From contig NC_014537.1 of assembly GCF_000148385.1 (NCBI RefSeq), positions 450,001 through 482,000 on the forward strand: 32,000 nt of DNA. Direction: 5' to 3'. How positions within the stretch are numbered: position 1 is the first letter of the stretch; each line of letters opens with the position of its first letter. The notes below the pieces were generated by a model. The model saw nothing but the letters and a program-made list of their open reading frames with translations, made no database searches and was not told where the DNA came from. Source of the DNA: Vulcanisaeta distributa DSM 14429 (GTDB lineage Archaea > Thermoproteota > Thermoprotei > Thermoproteales > Thermocladiaceae). Below, piece by piece: positions 17,661-29,705 of this stretch. Made by a program: the position numbers and the translations under genes.

Positions 17661-18060
17661 ATGACGAAATACACCATTCAAGTCATGAGCAGGATTAACG
17701 ATTTAGTCTATCCAGTCATAAGCCTCAACGCCAGACCGCCGCCAATGCCCAGGGAATTAATAATTAGGGTGAGTGTCGAGGAGGAGATGCCCAACGGCTA
17801 CTACCTACAGATACCACCAGGCGCATACCTATAATAAACGAAACACCCCACCAAACAAAACAGAGATTATTGGAAACACCGTAATACTCATCTACGAAGA
17901 ACCAATGTTTGGTGAATGGATAACCATAAACATAAAGGGCAATTACACGAAGGACAATTACCTATGCTGGGAAGCACCAAAATACCTAATACCGGCACTC
18001 GGCGAAGACGAAGTAAACGCCATACTAATCAACTACTGCCCCAACCAATTAAACCAATAA
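17661..18060 (+). other. Two partly overlapping ORFs (17661..17834 and 17773..18060) that may be one frameshifted gene
   Basis: Both frames give protein-like sequence: MTKYTIQVMSRINDLVYPVISLN... and ...TEIIGNTVILIYEEPMFGEWITINIKGNY... They switch frame near the A-rich run at 17830-17850. No homology recognised. Confidence 0.25.
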
Positions 18061-18206
18061 ACCCACGAAGACCCCACCATCGAAGAAAATCAGCATTAAA
18101 GCCAGCGTACAATCACGCATCATAACCCCTACCATCATCACCACCATTATAACCCACCAAGACCAAAACCATACCCCACCCAAACACCCACAGGACAGCG
18201 AAAGCC

Positions 18207-18213
18207 TTAAAAG
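18207..18213 (+). promoter_or_regulatory. TATA-like TTAAAAG upstream of the initiator tRNA
   Basis: ccTTAAAAGc lies 23-29 nt upstream of the tRNA 5' end at 18236. Confidence 0.45.
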
Positions 18214-18235
18214 CACAAGGAAGGACCCATAAACC

Positions 18236-18309
18236 AGCGGGGTAGGGTAGCCTGGTAGCCTGCGGGGCTCATAACCCCGAGGTCCCCGGTTCAAATCCGG
18301 GCCCCGCTA
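18236..18309 (+). tRNA. tRNA-Met (anticodon CAU), initiator type
   Basis: Hand-folded cloverleaf. Acceptor AGCGGGG/CCCCGCT with A1:U72. D-arm GGGT/GCCT. Anticodon stem CGGGG/CCCCG with three consecutive G:C pairs. Anticodon loop CTCATAA. T-arm CCCGG-TTCAAAT-CCGGG. Discriminator A. No encoded CCA. Confidence 0.9.
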
Positions 18310-18473
18310 CTAATAACATTTCTTTAAATCTCTTATTAATCTTCATGGATCTTTTCTAGTATTAAATTGGCTATTATTGCATTAATTTAGTTACCCCTGT
18401 TACCTTTCACGTTGAGTACCTCCTTCATTTCCTGGGTGCCTTATTAGTTGTTTTGAGTATTTTTACTATAAGT

Positions 18474-20026
18474 ATGCGTTTTGCTCAGGATAAGCAGGCG
18501 GTGAGTGATGAGGTTATTAAAAGAAATAAGTTTTGTAGTGGTGTTAGGGTTGGCCATAAATATGCATGCGGTGGTGAGGTTAATGATGTTGAATTGCTTA
18601 ATGAGTCCGTTAATCTACTTACCGAGGCTGTTAATCGAATATTGAAGTGGCAGGTTTGGGATACGTGGTGGATTGATGTATGGAGACGTGAGTGGAACAG
18701 AGTGAGAGATAATGTGAAGGAACAGTTCAAGGGTAAGTATAGTGATGAGGTAATGAATAATCTGTTAGTGGTGATTGATGAGTATATAAGGTATATTGAT
18801 GTACTTAAGGAATACTGGGTTACAAATGATGTAGGTGGTAATATTCGAAAATTAGTCGAAGACTTAATGAGTGAAAGGGCAGAGGTAATCGTTAGAAGGA
18901 CGGGCAATTCGCTGATAAACAGTGTTCATGGTAAGTACGTATCATTAACAGCTAAAAGGCCGGGTGAAGGCGTAATAGTTCATTTAGAACTTAGTGATCT
19001 TAGGGTTATGACTGTTAAAGTACCTGACATATGGAATATTATTAATGTTGATCATGATGAATCCATTAAAGATGTGCTGATGGCATTGAGATTAGCTTTG
19101 CCGCCACTGATGAGGGTGTGAACAATGGTAAGCCTAGTATGAATACTTCACAGCCTTGGCAAGCATTGCTTTGAGCGCTACTTTATCCGGGTAAGATATC
19201 CATGCATATAAATGCCATTAGTGTGAATGTAAATGATGTATCAATACTATGGTATTTAGGCGCTAATGACTATCCTTCATTTAAAGATCGTGTTTTTGAG
19301 ATTGTCAAGAATTTGAATGATAAGGCGTTGTTGATTTTTATGCTAGCAGCAGTACTTGGTGATGGTTATGCAGGGATTAAGAAGCCAAGAATTCGCTTGG
19401 TAATAAGTGCTGCTGAGCTTGATATGTGGAGACCAATACTTGATAAGCTGAATAGTATGGGCTTTAGAGAATATCAAGACCCACTTCGTAACACATTTAA
19501 AATAACGTATACCAGCGGTTATGCCACTGACTTAGCTAAGGCCATGGTTAATGCCTTACCATTAGTATTAAGAGACTTGTTGGATGCTCTCAGTATTAAG
19601 AAGTGGCTGGACATAAAGCAAATTGCTAGTATGGAGGTTAAGTTTAGGCTTGGTGAGTCGCGGGTTCTGGTTGGTGGTGAGTCGTTTACTATGGCTGTTA
19701 GTAGGGGTTCGGTTACGTTGTTGCGTAGGGTTAGGGATTGGGTTGAGGTTGGTAGGGTTCTTGAGGAGTTGAGGGTTAGTTATGGTGAGGGCTTTGTTTC
19801 TCAGGTTAGGGTTCATAGGAGTGGTGGGTATATTGTTATTGCGATACCTGCAAGGCTCATTGAGGGACATGAGGATATTAGGGTGCAGGTTATTAATGTG
19901 CTTTGTAGGAAGTACCGGAGGGTTAAGGATGATAATAAAAGGAAGGAGGTGGTTAAAGCATTGAGTAGATTCGCATCTATGGAAACTATTCGTATCTGCT
20001 TAGGTAATACTTCACTACCTTCCTGA
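18474..20026 (+). pseudogene. Disrupted gene in an AT-rich island: one frameshift (about 19095-19105) plus an in-frame TGA (19172..19174); carries a LAGLIDADG-like motif
   Basis: ORF 18453/18474..19121 is in frame 0. Frame 2 opens at 19070 (…ISFAATDEGVNNGKPSMNTSQPWQALL*) and, after the TGA at 19172, continues in the same frame into ORF 19202..20026 (ALLYPGKISMHINAIS…). The second part contains LIFMLAAVLGDGYAG, which resembles a LAGLIDADG dodecapeptide. Confidence 0.45.
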
Positions 20027-20375
20027 GTGCTTTATGGGTAGTTTCCGTAAGTAACGTGGTCTCAAATGGCACCTTACACGTGCGGCTTTTAATCTCTCAC
20101 TACCGCACTAACGTGACTAGTGTGTATTTTAGATGTAGGGTTGCTTTCTATTTCTTAAATTAATAATTACTACTAAGATAATGCCCAGTTCATGAAACCC
20201 TTAATTAATGCCACGCCACGGTAATGTAGATATTTCTAAATTACGTAATACTTAATTATCACTGATGTACATGCCCTAGATGGCATTTCTTGCCTTAGTT
20301 TTCGAAATTCAGCTTTATACTTGCCACTAACTGTTTGCCGGGTAGAGAATATCTTACGGTGTAGATGGCCCATCG

Positions 20376-23580
<3,205 letters not shown>

Positions 23581-23793
23581 GGTACATGGGCATTATTTAA
23601 AGGGGTCGTTAGTTCAATGACCAATACCTTAATGAGATAACCAAGACTATCGTTAACAGACTTAAGGGCTTAGTAATAGTCCTGGCATCCTTTTAATTGC
23701 AAAATGAGCTTGGTGTGGTGTTGGCTTTCTGTTTCCTTTGGCTGTTTCCGCGTGGTATGTTTTAAATGTGTCTTAAAATATGCCTGCCGTGGT

Positions 23794-24999
23794 ATGGATA
23801 TCGTTGATAAGCGGAATGCTAGGTGGATATTAACCCTACTGCCCTATAGCGTTGCCATTGGTCCATTGGGTACTCTGATAACTCTTGAAATTGCTTCGTT
23901 AAGAGGTGGCCCGGTGGATGTTGGTTATGCCATGGCGGCGGGCTCTGCCGCTGGGATAATCGCACCATTGCTGTGGGGTTTCCTGTTGGATAGGTACGGT
24001 AGTAGGGATGTGCTTGCCCTGGGCTTCCTCGGCACGGCCCTTTTCATCCTGGCACTTACCTACGCACCCAATGTTCCGCAGATAACCCTCTACTACGCTG
24101 CATCGTCACTATTCTCCTCCGCTGTTGGTGTTTCCACGAGCTTCATCCTCGTTAAGTCCTCGAGTAGGCTTAGGCTTAATGAGTCGTACTCCATGCTCAA
24201 CTTCATTAATTCAATGGGTTACCTGGTGGGTGATGTGTCGGCAGCCGTGTTATCGGGCTTCATGGACATTAAGGCCATTTTGCTAATCATGGGCCTACTA
24301 CCCATAATCTCTTTCGCCTGGTCATTAGTCTCCGTGCCACGGGTAAGCAATGGTGAAGGGCCAGTGTTGAGTAGGCAGTTGGTTAGTGGCCGTGTGCGTG
24401 ATGTTGGTTTAGGTGAGTTAGTTACTCTTTATTTGGCGCTTGTTATTTTCTATTTCTCATCAGGGATCTTCAACACGCTCTATCCCTATGGGCTGAGGGT
24501 TGGTGGTTTATCGAGGTCCTGGGTTATGACCATAATTTCCGTGGGCATGGGAATTCAAATTATGGGCTTCATGATAACGCCTCGCATAATACGCCTATTC
24601 GGTGGTAATGCCAGGGCGTCATCCCGTGCATTAATACTTAGGGGTCTTTCATACTTCCTAATTGGCTTGACATCAACGACGCCTGAGGCCATGATGATTA
24701 CGGGACTAACACTATACCCACTGGCGGCGGGCATTGCCTTCTCAACCTTTTACACCGCATCGAGCGTGATGGTCTTTGAGAGGCTCGGCAGTGGTGAGGA
24801 GGGTAGGGGCCTTGGGGCCTACAACTTCATCACCGGTTCCGCATACCTGGCTGGGTCATTGACGTCTGGTTACCTGGCTGATTCCATAGGCATTGGCGGT
24901 AGTTACATGGTGGCTGGTGCCATGCTTTGGGTCTCGTCATACCTATTCGAGCAGATGCACAGGAGTGAGGGTGTTAGGAGGATTCTTAATCCTCACTAG
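23794..24999 (+). CDS. Major facilitator superfamily transporter
   Basis: A protein of about 400 aa with roughly 12 hydrophobic segments and an LLDRYGSR loop motif between the early TM helices. I chose the start at MDIVDKRN (23794), which has TATA-like TTTTAAAT 28-35 nt upstream. The Cys/Phe-rich extension back to 23704 looks non-coding. Confidence 0.8.
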   Translation: MDIVDKRNARWILTLLPYSVAIGPLGTLITLEIASLRGGPVDVGYAMAAGSAAGIIAPLLWGFLLDRYGSRDVLALGFLGTALFILALTYAPNVPQITLYYAASSLFSSAVGVSTSFILVKSSSRLRLNESYSMLNFINSMGYLVGDVSAAVLSGFMDIKAILLIMGLLPIISFAWSLVSVPRVSNGEGPVLSRQLVSGRVRDVGLGELVTLYLALVIFYFSSGIFNTLYPYGLRVGGLSRSWVMTIISVGMGIQIMGFMITPRIIRLFGGNARASSRALILRGLSYFLIGLTSTTPEAMMITGLTLYPLAAGIAFSTFYTASSVMVFERLGSGEEGRGLGAYNFITGSAYLAGSLTSGYLADSIGIGGSYMVAGAMLWVSSYLFEQMHRSEGVRRILNPH

Positions 25000-25072
25000 G
25001 CACATTTTATTCCCCATACCTCACGGCTAAGGATAATTAATGATTTGTGCCATTAAACCTCTGGGTTTAACT

Positions 25073-25078
25073 TTAAAG
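25073..25078 (+). promoter_or_regulatory. TATA-like TTTAAA upstream of the AOR gene
   Basis: acTTTAAAgg lies 23-28 nt upstream of the GTG start at 25101. Confidence 0.4.
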
Positions 25079-25100
25079 GTAGACTGTTGAGTGCATTATC

Positions 25101-27014
25101 GTGACCATTAAGGGTGTTAATGGGGTTGTGGGCTTTGTCAACCTCTCGACGGGCGAGATCAAGAAGATTCAGGTGCCCGATGAGGTTTACAGGAATTTCC
25201 TGGGTGGTTATGGGCTAGGCGTCTGGTTCCTATACACCCACATGAAGCCCAGGGTTGACCCACTGGGTCCCGACAACATACTTGGCATAATATCCGGCCT
25301 ACTAAACGCCAGTGGTATTCCAATGACTGGTAGGTCCATGGCCGTTGGCAAATCACCACTAACTGGCGGGTGGGGCGACTCAAACGCTGGTGGTAGGTTT
25401 GGGCCTAAGTTGCTGGAGGCCGGGTTGGACGCCATATTCGTCACCGGCGTCTCCGAGAAGCCCGTCTATATATTGATTGATAATGGTGATATACACATAG
25501 AGAGTGCCTCGGACCTCTGGGGCAGGAACACAAGGGAGACTGAGGATGAGTTAAGGCGCAGGTACAGGGGTGCTCAGGTGGTTAGTATTGGCCCGGCTGG
25601 CGAGAGGCTCCAGTTGATTGCCGCCATCATTAATGAGTATGGTAGGGCCTACGGCAGGTCTGGGCTTGGCGCCGTTATGGGTAGTAAGAAGTTGAAGGCA
25701 ATAGTCGCGGTTGGTGATAAGAAGCCGGAGATACATGATAGGGACCTACTTAGGCAAAAGATTAAGGAGATGCTCGACGCCCTAAAGACGACGAGGGCTA
25801 GGGCCTACGAGATCTGGCATAAGTATGGCACAATATCCACACTGGACACCAGCGTACTATCTGGCGATACACCAATCAAGAATTGGGCAGGCATTGGTGT
25901 TAGGGATTATGGGACCAAGAACCTGGAGAGGTTTGGGACGAACACGGTAATCCAAGACAACATTAAGCCCTACGGCTGCGCCAGCTGCCCAGTGTCCTGC
26001 GGCGCGTGGATTAGGAGGAACACCAGGTACGGCCTAGTCGACATGGGCCATAGGCTTGAGTACGAAACCGCATCACTCTTCGGACCAGCACTCCTAAACG
26101 CAGATCAGGATTCCGTGGTTTACGTGGGCGAGCTCTGCAATATGTATGGGCTTGACACTATCTCGACCGCGAATGTCGTGGGCTTCGCCTTTGAGTTATA
26201 CGAAAAGGGGATACTGACTGAGAAGGATGTTGGCTTCCCACTCAGGTGGGGTGATCCTGATGCTGTAGTCAAGCTCGTTGAGTTAATAGGTAAGGCGGAG
26301 AGCATTGGTAAGGTACTTGGTCAAGGCGTTAAGAGGGCTGCCGAGATTATTGGCAGGGGCGCCGAGCAGTACGCAATGCATGTTGGTGGTCAGGAACTAC
26401 CGGCGCATCACCCACAGTTCCTGCCTGGGCTGGCCATTACGTACACGGCTGATCCAACACCGGCTAGGCACACGGCTGGTGGTGTTCATTGGTGGGGTGA
26501 GGGTGGTAAGAGGCTTTGGGCGCCCTTCGACGTAGGCCTGGACCTGGGCGCGTCGCCTAAGTATGACTATGGTGATAAGGGTCGCAAGGCGGCCATAATA
26601 GCCATGTCAACGCAGGTGGAGAACTCCCTAGGCTTCTGCCAGTTTGCTTCCCAGGTGATTTATAGGACGTTACCGTACATAGACCTGATATACGCGGTCA
26701 CGGGCATGAAGTATACACCGCAGGAGTTGCTTAAGGTTGGCCATAGAATACACACGCTTAGGCAGTTATTCAATGTTAGGGAGGGCGTTAACCCGAAGAA
26801 GGACTTCAAGCTGCCAAGGAGGGTTCTCGAGCCATTTCCAGAGGGGCCACTCGCCGGCGTTAAGTTGACTGAGGAGGATGTGGAGAGGATGAGGGAGCAG
26901 TACTGGGAGACGCTTGGTTGGGACCCGAGCACCGGTTACCCGAGGAGGAGGACTGTCGAGGAGCTTGGGCTCGCTGAGATAGCCGGCGATATCATTAACA
27001 TCCTGCCCCCATGA
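25101..27014 (+). CDS. aor: Aldehyde:ferredoxin oxidoreductase family (tungstopterin enzyme)
   Basis: A 637-aa ORF with a GTG start. The N-terminus VNLSTGEIKKIQVPDEVYRNFLGGYGLG, the 4Fe-4S ligand motif CASCPVSC (C-x2-C-x3-C) and GLDTIS are characteristic of the AOR family. Confidence 0.9.
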   Translation: MTIKGVNGVVGFVNLSTGEIKKIQVPDEVYRNFLGGYGLGVWFLYTHMKPRVDPLGPDNILGIISGLLNASGIPMTGRSMAVGKSPLTGGWGDSNAGGRFGPKLLEAGLDAIFVTGVSEKPVYILIDNGDIHIESASDLWGRNTRETEDELRRRYRGAQVVSIGPAGERLQLIAAIINEYGRAYGRSGLGAVMGSKKLKAIVAVGDKKPEIHDRDLLRQKIKEMLDALKTTRARAYEIWHKYGTISTLDTSVLSGDTPIKNWAGIGVRDYGTKNLERFGTNTVIQDNIKPYGCASCPVSCGAWIRRNTRYGLVDMGHRLEYETASLFGPALLNADQDSVVYVGELCNMYGLDTISTANVVGFAFELYEKGILTEKDVGFPLRWGDPDAVVKLVELIGKAESIGKVLGQGVKRAAEIIGRGAEQYAMHVGGQELPAHHPQFLPGLAITYTADPTPARHTAGGVHWWGEGGKRLWAPFDVGLDLGASPKYDYGDKGRKAAIIAMSTQVENSLGFCQFASQVIYRTLPYIDLIYAVTGMKYTPQELLKVGHRIHTLRQLFNVREGVNPKKDFKLPRRVLEPFPEGPLAGVKLTEEDVERMREQYWETLGWDPSTGYPRRRTVEELGLAEIAGDIINILPP

Positions 27015-27040
27015 TCATTTTACTTAATTAATACGATAGG

Positions 27041-27048
27041 TTTAAAAA
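27041..27048 (+). promoter_or_regulatory. TATA-like TTTAAAAA upstream of the EF-Tu-domain-2 gene
   Basis: ggTTTAAAAAcg lies about 25-32 nt upstream of the GTG start at 27073. Confidence 0.4.
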
Positions 27049-27072
27049 CGGTAATTCCCTAAGCGCAGCCTC

Positions 27073-27939
27073 GTGCTTCGAGGGAGCATCATAACGGTAT
27101 TATCAACCAACGAGCAGGAGGCCTTCAGGGTAGCGTCAATGTTAGGCAAGAGGGATAGGGGTGAGGAGAGGGTTTATTATAGGAAGGTTGGTGAGCTTGT
27201 CCGAAGCATTTTAATACCAAGCCCAAATAGCGTACTTGATGAGGCCATAGCCCTATCAATATCGAGCTCCTTCTACTTCAGGGTTAATAATGAGGTTACC
27301 TGGCTCGACGGCGAGAAGGCACTACTTCTTGAGGCCTCTGGGATACCCGGCGTGGTTCTTGCGGATGATACAAACCTATTCATGAAGTACTTCGGCGAGC
27401 TGGGCATTTCCAGGTTCATCTCAGAGTTTAGGGAGTTTGATGTTGAGGTCCCCGATAGGGGTCTTGTGTATGTTGATAGGGCATTCAATGTTAAGGGCGT
27501 CGGCGTTGTTGTGCTTGGTTACGCATTAACCCAGGTATCAATTCATGATAAGTTCATTGCCTACCCAATGAACCTGGAGGTTGAGGTTAGGAGTATTCAG
27601 GTCCTTGATGAGGACCAGGACTCAGTAATGCCAGGCACACGTGTTGGCTTGGCACTTAGGAATGTAAGGCTAGAGGATATTGAGGGTATACAGGCACTCA
27701 TTAGGCCGGGCACCAGGTTCACGAACTCCATCAATGGATTTACAAGGTTTAGGTGGAGTGATGATGCCAGGGAGGTTCACGTGATATTCAATGGCATTAA
27801 GGTCATGGGCAAGATCGAGGGTAATGGCATCACCCTAACCAGGGAATTACCCATGGCCAGTGGTAGGGCATTGATAGTAAACGTAAACGCCAAGCCCAGG
27901 AGACCAAGGATAATCGGTTACGCCATCATCAACGCCTAA
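27073..27939 (+). CDS. EF-Tu domain-2-containing protein with a degenerate (P-loop-less) N-terminal G-like domain
   Basis: A 288-aa ORF. The central segment VDRAFNVKGVGVVVLGYALTQVSIHDKF...VRSIQVLDEDQDSVMPGTRVGLALRNV matches the beta-barrel domain II of EF-Tu/SelB/aIF2-gamma. The N-terminus has GSIITVLSTNEQ where G-H-x-D-H-G-K-S/T would normally be. Confidence 0.65.
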   Translation: MLRGSIITVLSTNEQEAFRVASMLGKRDRGEERVYYRKVGELVRSILIPSPNSVLDEAIALSISSSFYFRVNNEVTWLDGEKALLLEASGIPGVVLADDTNLFMKYFGELGISRFISEFREFDVEVPDRGLVYVDRAFNVKGVGVVVLGYALTQVSIHDKFIAYPMNLEVEVRSIQVLDEDQDSVMPGTRVGLALRNVRLEDIEGIQALIRPGTRFTNSINGFTRFRWSDDAREVHVIFNGIKVMGKIEGNGITLTRELPMASGRALIVNVNAKPRRPRIIGYAIINA

Positions 27940-29548
27940 CAGCCTTCTCAACCACCTCCAGCAGGCCCATGGGCCCATCCCTAAATACGGCATCATCCAT
28001 TGGCTGTAGGTGCCTCGAAACTATTGGCTCAAACTCCATCTTAGCCAGTATATCCCTCTCGATGTCAACACCAGGCGCGTACTCCTCAAGCACTAATCCC
28101 TCACCCGTTAGCCTAAACACCGCCCTCTCGGTTATATAAAGGACCTCCTTACCCATCTTAAGGCCAAGCTCTGCGTTGAAGCCAACCTTATAGGGCTTTT
28201 TAATAAACTTGATTATTTGTCCATCCCTAATTATAGTCAGTCTACCATTCACGACCGCTATATCCCTCTTACCAGCCGTAAACGCCCCCGCGAAGTAAAG
28301 CCTTGGCGAACCATGGACAATTACCGGGAACCCGCCAGGTCCCGTGACCCTCTCAGGCAGGAAGCTCGGATTCACATCCCCGTTGGGCCCAACCTGCATG
28401 AAGCCCAGCGATGCCGCGTCTATTATGCCGCCCTCATACATTATGAATTGGTCCGGCATTGGTAATATTGCCTTAGGCGATATCGCAACGCCAAAGTCAT
28501 CATCACTAAGTGCAATTCCACCCCAGGGCCCTGACTCGACGGTAGTGACTATGTAGTCGTCAACGCCCTCACTCCTTATGATCTTCGCAACTAGGGCGGG
28601 TATTCCAATGCCGAGGTTAACGGCTATCGGCCTACCCAACTTCTCTATGAGTCTCACGAACTCAAGCACGACCCTCCTGGCTATTACATACTCAAAGTTA
28701 GGCTTATCATTATTGGGCAAACACGCGTTACTAACTACAACGCGGCCGCAAATGCTTGGGTCATACCTAACACTGGCTGATTGGGTGTGGTATTCGGGCG
28801 GTGAGGTAACGATGTAATCAATTAACGGGCCTGGCACATGGACATCCCTGGGATTGACAAACCTACTCACGTAAAGAACCTGGGCAATCACAACGCCTGG
28901 GTTGGGCTGGGCCTTAACGGCCTGGGTAATGGCCAGTACCGAGCCGTAAATAGCCTCCTCACTCATTGTTAGGTTACCGAACTCATCAGCCGTACTACCC
29001 CTAATTAAGCCAACCCTAGGCTTTGGACAGTCGTAGAGTAGGTACTCATCACCATTAATGCTAATTAACTCAACCCTACACGTCCTCCTCTCCCTCGCCA
29101 GGCCATTTAGATAAATACCGTCCTGCCTGGGGTCGAGGAACGTGCCAAGCCCAACTTTGGTAATGGTGGGCACGCCAGAGGCCACGCTCCTAAACCACCT
29201 AGTCGCCACGCCAATCGGGAACGAGTAAGCCTCAACCCTATTCTCAATAACCAGTCTCTGCAGCGATGGGGCTACACCAAAGAATGTTATCATGAAGCCC
29301 CTAATGAAGCCAAAGTCATTATCCCTAATCATGCGCTCAGCAATCAAATCCAGCGCACGCCCCCTAGACGCAGGTAATGTGTCGGTGACTATGAATAGGT
29401 CACGCGGATGCCCCGTCTCTTTATACCTCTCATAAAGCCTAATAAGTAGGTATTCAGGGGTTGTAGCCATATTAAAGCCAGAAACCGCAATAACATCACC
29501 ATCCCTAATAACGTCTAATGCCACATTAACATCCACGACCTTACCCAT
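27929..29548 (-). CDS. Family I CoA-transferase, fused alpha/beta subunits (acyl-CoA:acetate/3-ketoacid CoA-transferase-like, COG4670-type)
   Basis: A 539-aa ORF. The N-terminus ALDVIRDGDVIAVSGFNMATTPEYLL and the glutamate-containing segment TTVESGPWGG fit single-chain CoA-transferases. Confidence 0.75.
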   Translation of the reverse strand: MGKVVDVNVALDVIRDGDVIAVSGFNMATTPEYLLIRLYERYKETGHPRDLFIVTDTLPASRGRALDLIAERMIRDNDFGFIRGFMITFFGVAPSLQRLVIENRVEAYSFPIGVATRWFRSVASGVPTITKVGLGTFLDPRQDGIYLNGLARERRTCRVELISINGDEYLLYDCPKPRVGLIRGSTADEFGNLTMSEEAIYGSVLAITQAVKAQPNPGVVIAQVLYVSRFVNPRDVHVPGPLIDYIVTSPPEYHTQSASVRYDPSICGRVVVSNACLPNNDKPNFEYVIARRVVLEFVRLIEKLGRPIAVNLGIGIPALVAKIIRSEGVDDYIVTTVESGPWGGIALSDDDFGVAISPKAILPMPDQFIMYEGGIIDAASLGFMQVGPNGDVNPSFLPERVTGPGGFPVIVHGSPRLYFAGAFTAGKRDIAVVNGRLTIIRDGQIIKFIKKPYKVGFNAELGLKMGKEVLYITERAVFRLTGEGLVLEEYAPGVDIERDILAKMEFEPIVSRHLQPMDDAVFRDGPMGLLEVVEKAVRR

Positions 29549-29705
29549 AACCGGGAAATTATGAAACCTCGAAATTTATACCTTTATAAAAATGCATTTT
29601 TTGCCTAACCCCTTGACAAACTATACTTGAACAAGAATATATGAAAATAAATAAATGAACATAGCCATGAAGACCCAGCAAGAGCAACGAAGGTCGAAAC
29701 AAAAA

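Noticed and set aside
18049-18294. An 81-aa minus-strand ORF (WFWSWWVIMVVMMVGVMM…).
   Set aside because: It overlaps the tRNA-iMet gene and is the complement of an A/C-rich low-complexity tract, so it is almost certainly spurious.
555-19174. Three in-frame TGA codons (555..557, 10747..10749, 19172..19174), which raised the idea of TGA recoding or readthrough to Trp or Sec.
   Set aside because: Only one of them is demonstrably at a Trp position. Two lie in genes that also carry frameshifts or truncations. Many intact genes in the window terminate with TGA, including at ATGA junctions. I saw no SECIS-like context. Independent TGG->TGA nonsense mutations in decaying genes are the simpler explanation.
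18310-20375. A direct repeat of the tRNA-iMet 3' half that would mark an attL/attR pair.
   Set aside because: Scanning by eye I found only trivial matches such as ccggg near 20338. Without a computed search I cannot claim integration borders.
20027-20375. A possible small RNA or C/D-box sRNA in the 350-nt spacer upstream of nadA. The same question applies to the spacers at 23581..23793 and 30905..31010.
   Set aside because: I found no canonical C box (RUGAUGA) paired with a D box (CUGA) at the appropriate spacing, and no convincing stable hairpin. There is only a weak 5-bp stem at about 20271-20286.
23704-23793. N-terminal extension of the MFS transporter ORF (MSLVWCWLSVSFGCFRVVCFKCVLKYACRG). 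The HAD hydrolase (17460..17549) and nadC (22717..22749) have similar extensions.
   Set aside because: The extensions are compositionally odd, cover TATA-like elements or the upstream gene end, and are absent from the conserved family cores. Internal Met starts fit the promoter spacing or ATGA coupling.
25159-26932. Antisense or out-of-frame ORFs inside the AOR gene (25159..25383, 25208..25444, 25551..25736, 26120..26305, 26305..26535, 26660..26932). Similar ones occur inside the CoA-transferase, nadB, nadC, speE and aminotransferase genes.
   Set aside because: Each is fully contained within a long gene with strong family signatures, and none has a recognisable motif.
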